This document shows, one piece after another, positions 35,241 to 40,603 of a DNA stretch of 40,603 nucleotides. Numbering within the stretch: the first letter of the stretch is position 1; each line of letters begins with the position of its first letter. The notes beneath the pieces are model-generated. The model saw only the letters and a list, made by a program, of their open reading frames with translations. It had not been told where the DNA came from and did not search any database. Source of the DNA: a virus. Lineage: Duplodnaviria; Caudoviricetes. The DNA is taken from positions 1-40,603 of IMG/VR virus record IMGVR_UViG_3300048856_000127; one strand, 5' to 3'. The translations under genes and the position numbers were made by a program.

Positions 35241-35920
35241 TGGTCGCTCAAGCTCGCCAATCACTCCCGCTGCCGCGTCTGATCGCCAAGCCTGTCTGGT
35301 CCTTCTGCAATGATGGATCGGTCATGGATCTTGCTGCGCCCGATCAGTCGGTTGTCTGCTTTCAGGAGATGGCGACGACGCTCTCCGGCGCTCGCCGCTT
35401 CAACGGTCGCGGCATTTCGATAGCGCAGCACTCGGTGATGGGTGCTCAGGCTATCCTCAATGAGGGCGGCACTTCGCTCGAAGCGGCGCTTTTCCTTCTT
35501 CATGATGGTCACGAATGGGCGCTGGGCGATATCACGCGCCCCATGGAGGATTTGCTGGTGGGGCTCCTGCCTACACTGGCAATCCGCGAGGCTATCCGGC
35601 GGGCTAAGGCGGGATGGGATGACGCCATCTATGCCGCTGCTCGCCTTCCGTCGCCCGAATTTTGGACTGCGCACCAGAAGAAGCTGATCAAGTCCATGGA
35701 CGATCGGATGTGCAGGGCTGAAGCGATTGCGCTCTTCGGCCCTCGCGGCGCTTCGCAGTTTCCCGCCAGCCATCCTCCGAAAACCACAGGCGCGATCCGG
35801 CTCTGGGGTCCAGCCAAGGCCGAGGAGGCATTTTCCGAACTAGCCCGATCTCTGATCGGGTTTGAGAACATCGTCTCGCAGGCGGCCGTCGCCGCGGCGG
35901 CCAGAGCCCTGAGGGTGTGA
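35240..35920 (+). CDS. HD-domain phosphohydrolase (YfbR/YfdR-like)
   Basis: RFNG, SIAQHSV, LLHDGHE..LGDI..P and a downstream Asp. Confidence 0.82.
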   Translation: MVAQARQSLPLPRLIAKPVWSFCNDGSVMDLAAPDQSVVCFQEMATTLSGARRFNGRGISIAQHSVMGAQAILNEGGTSLEAALFLLHDGHEWALGDITRPMEDLLVGLLPTLAIREAIRRAKAGWDDAIYAAARLPSPEFWTAHQKKLIKSMDDRMCRAEAIALFGPRGASQFPASHPPKTTGAIRLWGPAKAEEAFSELARSLIGFENIVSQAAVAAAARALRV

Positions 35921-36273
35921 TGACAGAGATCCAAGTGAAACCTATCAAGCGATTTCCCGTGAGTGGCCGCGCGCTCTGCCTGACTGAGGAGGCGGGACAA
36001 ATGACGGGAGGCATCCACAAGGATGGATCACCTCTCGTCCGCAGCTTTTCCTCGGGCGCCGCCGCCCTGCAGGAGCGGGATGGCTCTTGCGCTGTCGCGC
36101 CGCTCGATCTGCATGCGGCTGTGGAGTTCGCTGAGCGTGTGATCGAGGGCGACACGCGAGCCACTACGGAGCCCGGTGCATCTCTCATGCTTGCGACTGC
36201 TCTTGTCGCCATCATCCTTTCCTGGCCGGTTCCGACACCCCTGGGCGAGACCGCACGCGTGGAGGCTGCTTGA
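35920..36273 (+). CDS. Hypothetical protein
   Basis: Coupled ORF in the operon. Confidence 0.65.
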   Translation: MTEIQVKPIKRFPVSGRALCLTEEAGQMTGGIHKDGSPLVRSFSSGAAALQERDGSCAVAPLDLHAAVEFAERVIEGDTRATTEPGASLMLATALVAIILSWPVPTPLGETARVEAA

Positions 36274-36774
36274 ATGGCCGGATATCTCAACAAGGTCCAG
36301 TTGATCGGCAATCTCGGCGCGGATCCTGAAATCCGCCGTACGCAGGACGGACGCCCGATCGCCAACCTGCGCCTCGCGACGACTGAAAGCTGGAAGGACC
36401 GCAACACCGGCGAAAAGCGTGAGAAGACCGAATGGCACACGGTCGTCATCTTCAACGAGAACCTTTGCAAGGTTGTCGAGCAGTATGTGAAGAAGGGCCA
36501 CAAGATCTACATCGAGGGCCAGCTCACAACCCGGAAATGGCAGGACCAGAGCGGCAATGACCGTTACTCGACCGAGATCGTCCTGCAAGGTTTCGATGCG
36601 AAGCTGATCATGCTCGCCGGCGGAAACGGCGGATCAGGCTACCGTGCCGGCGGCAACGGCGCCGAAGACTACGGCTATGACGGCGACCGTGCGGCCGGCC
36701 AAAACTCCCGTTCAACCTCTTCCTCGACGAGCGGCAATTTCAGCCGTGACCTCGACGACGATATCCCGTTTTGA
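36274..36774 (+). CDS. ssb: Single-stranded DNA-binding protein
   Basis: LNKVQLIGNLGADPE...TEWH...; DDDIPF tail. Confidence 0.97.
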   Translation: MAGYLNKVQLIGNLGADPEIRRTQDGRPIANLRLATTESWKDRNTGEKREKTEWHTVVIFNENLCKVVEQYVKKGHKIYIEGQLTTRKWQDQSGNDRYSTEIVLQGFDAKLIMLAGGNGGSGYRAGGNGAEDYGYDGDRAAGQNSRSTSSSTSGNFSRDLDDDIPF

Positions 36775-36789
36775 CAGGGAGGGTTCGCA

Positions 36790-37158
36790 ATGACCGCAGT
36801 CATTAAGGACGTCCTGATTGATTTCCAGAAGCCGCAGCAACAGACGCTTCGGGATTGGTTGAAAAGCCTTCCGGAAGGCGTTCCGCCGCTCCCGCCTCTT
36901 AATATCCGAGTATCACACAACGTCGACATCGACGACCTGGGCGAGGACGCGGTTGCCGAGTGGTACGAGGGTCGCTTCCCGTCTGCCTCCGGCGATTGGG
37001 TTGCGCGCTGCTACCGCCTCCTTGCTCTGGGAGAGATCAACGAAGCGATGGAAATAATCTATCGCGAGTGCCCTGAGGAACTTGCCACCCCATCCCATGA
37101 ACGCTCCATCGCGGCGCGGCTCTCTGGCAGGAAGGTTTCCACTCATGCTGAAAACTGA
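36790..37158 (+). CDS. Hypothetical protein
   Basis: GGAGG RBS; operon position. Confidence 0.7.
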   Translation: MTAVIKDVLIDFQKPQQQTLRDWLKSLPEGVPPLPPLNIRVSHNVDIDDLGEDAVAEWYEGRFPSASGDWVARCYRLLALGEINEAMEIIYRECPEELATPSHERSIAARLSGRKVSTHAEN

Positions 37159-38260
37159 AAAAACAGCCCTGCTGAGCGCCCTCAATGCCGTGATCGGCGC
37201 CGTTAAGGCAAATCACGCCAATCCGATCATGTCTGATTTCCTGATCGAGCAGGATGGCGACGGTATCCTTGTGACCGGCGGCAACCTCAGCATCGAAATC
37301 CGGAGCCGCTGCGAAGCGAAGGTTGAGGAGGACTTCCAGGATTTCACCTGTCCAGCCCACCGACTTCTCGAGATCGTCAAAAACGCGCCAGAGGCCCAGA
37401 TCAACATTGATCTCATCGATAACGGCCTGCAGGTCCAGATCCGCTCCGGGAGATCGAGGCTCAAACTACCGGCCATGCCGGGATCCGATTATCCCAAACT
37501 CAACGCTGGATCCGCCAACCATACAATTGGCCTGTCGGCGGAGCTGCTGGCAAAGGCGATCAAGGGCGTTGCGTTCGCCACGGAGACCAGCCCCTCCAGA
37601 CCATATCTGTGCGGTGTGCATTTGCGCCCAGTAGATGAAGGCATGGATGTTGTCGGCACCGATGGCCGCATCGTGGCAAAGCGGACCATACAGTCGATTG
37701 CCTTCGACCAGGACATTGCCTCACTGCCTGCGATCACCATCCCGAACGAGTCGATCAAGACGATCGATGCGCTGCTGAGCGGCGGGGATGACGTCGAGTT
37801 GATGATTTCCAAGCAGATGGTCACACTCTCAGTTGGATCGACCGTCCTGCTCACGAAGCTCGTCGAGGGCAACTATCCTGAGTACCGTCGCATCAAGCCA
37901 GCCGACGACGCCATCCTGGCGAAATTCAGCGCAGCGGCCCTCGAAGGCGCCGTCAATCGCGTGCTGATCGCAACGCCGGACGCCGCGTACGGGATCAGCT
38001 TCAATTTCACCAAGGATACGCTCTCTCTCTCCGCGCGCGACATGAAGGCAGGCGAGGGAGAGGACGAGGTTCCGATTGAAGCAACGGGAGAGATCGTCAG
38101 CGGCTTCAATGGAAAGTTCATCGACAGCGCGCTCGCGCACCTCGATGGCGACAAGGCGGAGTTGCTGGTCGGCAAGGATGCTGCACCCGCCCTCCTCCGG
38201 TGCCAGGGAGACGAGCACAATTACTTCATCCTTATGCCAACCAGAGTGAGGGCAGGCTAA
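37145..38260 (+). CDS. dnaN: DNA polymerase III beta sliding clamp (phage copy)
   Basis: About 371 aa; RPYLCGV, VGTDG, LVEGNYPEY, GFNGKF and ILMPTR motifs. Confidence 0.9.
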   Translation: MLKTEKTALLSALNAVIGAVKANHANPIMSDFLIEQDGDGILVTGGNLSIEIRSRCEAKVEEDFQDFTCPAHRLLEIVKNAPEAQINIDLIDNGLQVQIRSGRSRLKLPAMPGSDYPKLNAGSANHTIGLSAELLAKAIKGVAFATETSPSRPYLCGVHLRPVDEGMDVVGTDGRIVAKRTIQSIAFDQDIASLPAITIPNESIKTIDALLSGGDDVELMISKQMVTLSVGSTVLLTKLVEGNYPEYRRIKPADDAILAKFSAAALEGAVNRVLIATPDAAYGISFNFTKDTLSLSARDMKAGEGEDEVPIEATGEIVSGFNGKFIDSALAHLDGDKAELLVGKDAAPALLRCQGDEHNYFILMPTRVRAG

Positions 38261-38526
38261 TGAACGAGAAGATGTCTTTCGACGATATCTCCAAAGCCTT
38301 GCTGGAGCGTCGCGTGAAGCTGCCGCTTCGCGTATCTCACAAGGATACGGGTGTCATCCTAGACGACGACGGCGTCGACCTCATCACGATCGACGTGAAC
38401 AACGGGCGGCCCGATGCTGAAGTGGATGCGATCGCCGCGCTCATTGCGGGACTGATCAATCTGTCTGCGCACACCCCACCGCCCCAGACACATATGGAGG
38501 GTCGCCCTGATGGCACTCAGTCTTAA
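38260..38526 (+). CDS. Hypothetical protein
   Basis: TAATG overlap with dnaN. Confidence 0.65.
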   Translation: MNEKMSFDDISKALLERRVKLPLRVSHKDTGVILDDDGVDLITIDVNNGRPDAEVDAIAALIAGLINLSAHTPPPQTHMEGRPDGTQS

Positions 38527-38794
38527 AATCCTGCGCGAGATGTTCCCGAAGGACGAGCCAGCGTTCAAGCCTCCATTCTACGTCGAAACCGACAAGGATG
38601 GTGAGGTTCACATCTACGATGCGGATGATGATGCCTTGCTGACCTTCTGCACCCACACACAGTTGCCTATCGATGATGACAGAGCGCTGGCAGCGGAGGT
38701 TGCCTATTGGGAGGTCGAAGCAGGGCGATTGGTGGCAGCCCTGAATGCCGCATACCCATCACCCGAAACGAGGGAGGTGCGCGATGCCAACTGA
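38510..38794 (+). CDS. Hypothetical protein
   Basis: GGAGG RBS. Confidence 0.65.
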   Translation: MALSLKILREMFPKDEPAFKPPFYVETDKDGEVHIYDADDDALLTFCTHTQLPIDDDRALAAEVAYWEVEAGRLVAALNAAYPSPETREVRDAN

Positions 38795-39017
38795 CGCTGA
38801 ACTGCGCATAGCCGCAATCGAGCTGCGAAACTATGCCAACACGCTTCTAAATCTCGGCGGCGTGACCGGCTTTTACATCACCCAAATCCTTAAGATAGCC
38901 ACAGCGCTAGACGGCCAGCAGCCCGACGAGCGGTTCTCAGACATTCCGCACCGATTAGCTAACCCCCGATGCGTGGCGGCACCCGCACCCGAGCATCGGG
39001 AGGTGGGTAGTAAATGA
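38784..39017 (+). CDS. Hypothetical protein
   Basis: GGAGGT RBS, start MPTDAELR. Confidence 0.6.
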   Translation: MPTDAELRIAAIELRNYANTLLNLGGVTGFYITQILKIATALDGQQPDERFSDIPHRLANPRCVAAPAPEHREVGSK

Positions 39018-39355
39018 ACCGGCGCGACAGCATTCGCGAAAAGATCATGGCGCGCGTTCGGGTCGACGATAAAACCGGATGCTGGATCTGGACGGGCCCA
39101 ACATCCGGAACTGAGGGCCGTGGCGCCGGCTATCCTCGAATGTCACTAGGTGGCCAGACGGTCGCTGTTCATCTCGTGATGTGGACAAACGAGCACGGCT
39201 ACATTCCAGGGAAGAAGGAACTTGATCACGTCTGCCGAAACCGCCTGTGTGTAAGGCCGGAGCCATCGCATCTGGAGCTCGTCACCAGGAAACGAAACAT
39301 TCTGCGCCAATGGGAGGCTCGGAAAGCGGCGATAGCATGCGAGGAGGTGGTGTGA
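39014..39355 (+). CDS. HNH endonuclease
   Basis: CWIWTG, GYP and LDHVCRNRLCV.P..HLELVT...N motifs. Confidence 0.88.
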   Translation: MNRRDSIREKIMARVRVDDKTGCWIWTGPTSGTEGRGAGYPRMSLGGQTVAVHLVMWTNEHGYIPGKKELDHVCRNRLCVRPEPSHLELVTRKRNILRQWEARKAAIACEEVV

Positions 39356-39555
39356 TGGGAAGGCGCGCGCCAATCAGGTCCAGCGACATCAAGACGACGT
39401 TGGCCGCTTTAAAGGAAAGCGGCCTGACGCCTTGTGCACTCGATACCTTGCCTGACGGAGGCATGCGGTGGCATTTTACGACGCCGAGATCATCCGACGA
39501 TGATGACCTCGACCGGGAGCTTGCGGAGTTTACAGCGCGCAATGGTGCAAATTGA
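39355..39555 (+). CDS. Probable excisionase/recombination directionality factor
   Basis: Small ORF MGRRAPIRSSDIK... overlapping the integrase start; inferred from position. Confidence 0.5.
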   Translation: MGRRAPIRSSDIKTTLAALKESGLTPCALDTLPDGGMRWHFTTPRSSDDDDLDRELAEFTARNGAN

Positions 39556-40603
39556 CCTTAAGGGTATCCATACCGTCAAGATTAAGAAAAGCGGTTCGAT
39601 CCTCGTCTATTACTATGCTTGGCGGGGAGGACCTCGCCTAAGCGGCCAACCCGGAACGGCCGAATTCATGGCCTCGTACAACGAGGCGATCGCCGAACGG
39701 CATGCGACTGACGAAGGCAAGCTCCACTCGGTCATCCGAGATTATAAGGTGAAGGAATTCCCTAAGCTGGCACCCACGACCAGGCGCGTATGGACGCCGT
39801 GGATCGACCGTATTGATGCGTACTTCGGCAAGCTCCGCATCGCTCAGTTTAACCGAGCAGAGAAAATCCGGCCTGTCATTCGTCAGTGGCGGAACCAATA
39901 TGCCGAGACGCCTAGAGCGGCCGACGTCGGAATGCAGGTTCTATCGAGAATACTTTCTCACGGCGTCGACCCTATGGGAAAGATCTCCTCCAATCCCTGC
40001 GAAGGGATCAAGCACCTGTACAGCAACTCACGCGCTGAAATCATCTGGACCGACGATGACATCGCACAGCTGAAAGCCGTCACGTCTGACGAGGTTGGCT
40101 TTGCGGTCGATCTCGCAGCTCACACCGGACTTCGCGTTAGCGACTTGGTGCGACTATCCTGGTCTCACGTAGGCGCAGATGCGATCGTTATCTCGACAGG
40201 GAAGAGCAAGCACCGCCGGGAAGCGGTTATTCCTCGCTACGACGCGCTGAACGAGCTGCTCGCGAGGATCCCGAAAAGATCTCCGGTTATCCTCACCAAC
40301 AGCAGAAAGAAGCCATGGACCTCGGACGGGCTCGCCAGTTCCTTCTGGACGGCGAAGGTCGGGGCAAACATGCAGGAGCGAGATCTGCATTTCCACGATC
40401 TGCGGGGAACCGCGGCAACGAAATTCTACACGGCCGGCCTCTCAATCCGCGTAATTGCTGAAATCATGGCGTGGGAAGAAGAGCACGTCGAGAAAATCAT
40501 CAGGCGCTACGTATCTCGAGGGTCGGCGACCCGCGAGGCTATTCGGCAACTCAACGAAGCACGACTGAAGAAGCCATCATCCTCGAAAAAGAACGAGGGA
40601 TGA
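39542..40603 (+). CDS. int: Tyrosine integrase
   Basis: TGLRVSD (R), K, FHDLRG (HxxR), W at the second-His position, RRY (Y). Confidence 0.95.
   Translation: MVQIDLKGIHTVKIKKSGSILVYYYAWRGGPRLSGQPGTAEFMASYNEAIAERHATDEGKLHSVIRDYKVKEFPKLAPTTRRVWTPWIDRIDAYFGKLRIAQFNRAEKIRPVIRQWRNQYAETPRAADVGMQVLSRILSHGVDPMGKISSNPCEGIKHLYSNSRAEIIWTDDDIAQLKAVTSDEVGFAVDLAAHTGLRVSDLVRLSWSHVGADAIVISTGKSKHRREAVIPRYDALNELLARIPKRSPVILTNSRKKPWTSDGLASSFWTAKVGANMQERDLHFHDLRGTAATKFYTAGLSIRVIAEIMAWEEEHVEKIIRRYVSRGSATREAIRQLNEARLKKPSSSKKNEG

Larger units (their letters stand above)
1..40603. mobile_element. Temperate siphovirus prophage (HK97-like head, lambdoid gene order), probable Rhizobiaceae host
   Basis: Complete ordered modules: lysis, tail, head, terminase, replication, cro/cI switch, xis/int. 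att sites are not within the window. Confidence 0.96.

Noticed and set aside
39014-39355. HNH gene as the nuclease effector of the RAMP module, or an intron homing enzyme
   Set aside because: It is about 33 kb away in a different operon and does not interrupt a gene; the other HNH (24437-24802) is explained as a packaging cofactor.
1-40603. attL/attR, tRNA genes, reverse transcriptase/DGR, IS elements
   Set aside because: None were recognised. The window stops at the integrase stop codon, so att sites cannot be assessed.

Overview
The window is an essentially complete ~40.6 kb temperate siphovirus prophage with an HK97-type head, most likely from a Rhizobiaceae host. That host call rests on a GcrA-like gene, an alphaproteobacterial LexA box and EcfG/RpoE2-type promoter motifs. 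Left to right: degenerate small genes; lysis cassette (spanins, SAR endolysin, holin); a 4.2 kb accessory island; tail, head and packaging genes (minus strand); P4/D5-type primase-helicase, DNA methylase, SNF2-like helicase, GcrA-like, CII and Cro genes; CI repressor; and an early operon (HD hydrolase, ssb, beta clamp, HNH, xis, int). The window ends at the integrase stop, so att sites are not visible. The most striking element is in the accessory island: a stand-alone Cas7/RAMP-like gene (5073-5732) and a coupled accessory gene (4555-5076). They are followed by a non-coding array of 11 pentamers of the form GGY-NN (4441-4495, minus strand) capped by a hairpin, with no cas1/cas2 or CRISPR array. 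This looks like a minimal RNA-guided (VIPR-like) module. It sits where P22 carries its antirepressor, behind divergent Arc/Mnt-like repressors and a predicted sar-like antisense RNA. All calls are from motif recognition by eye; no searches were run.
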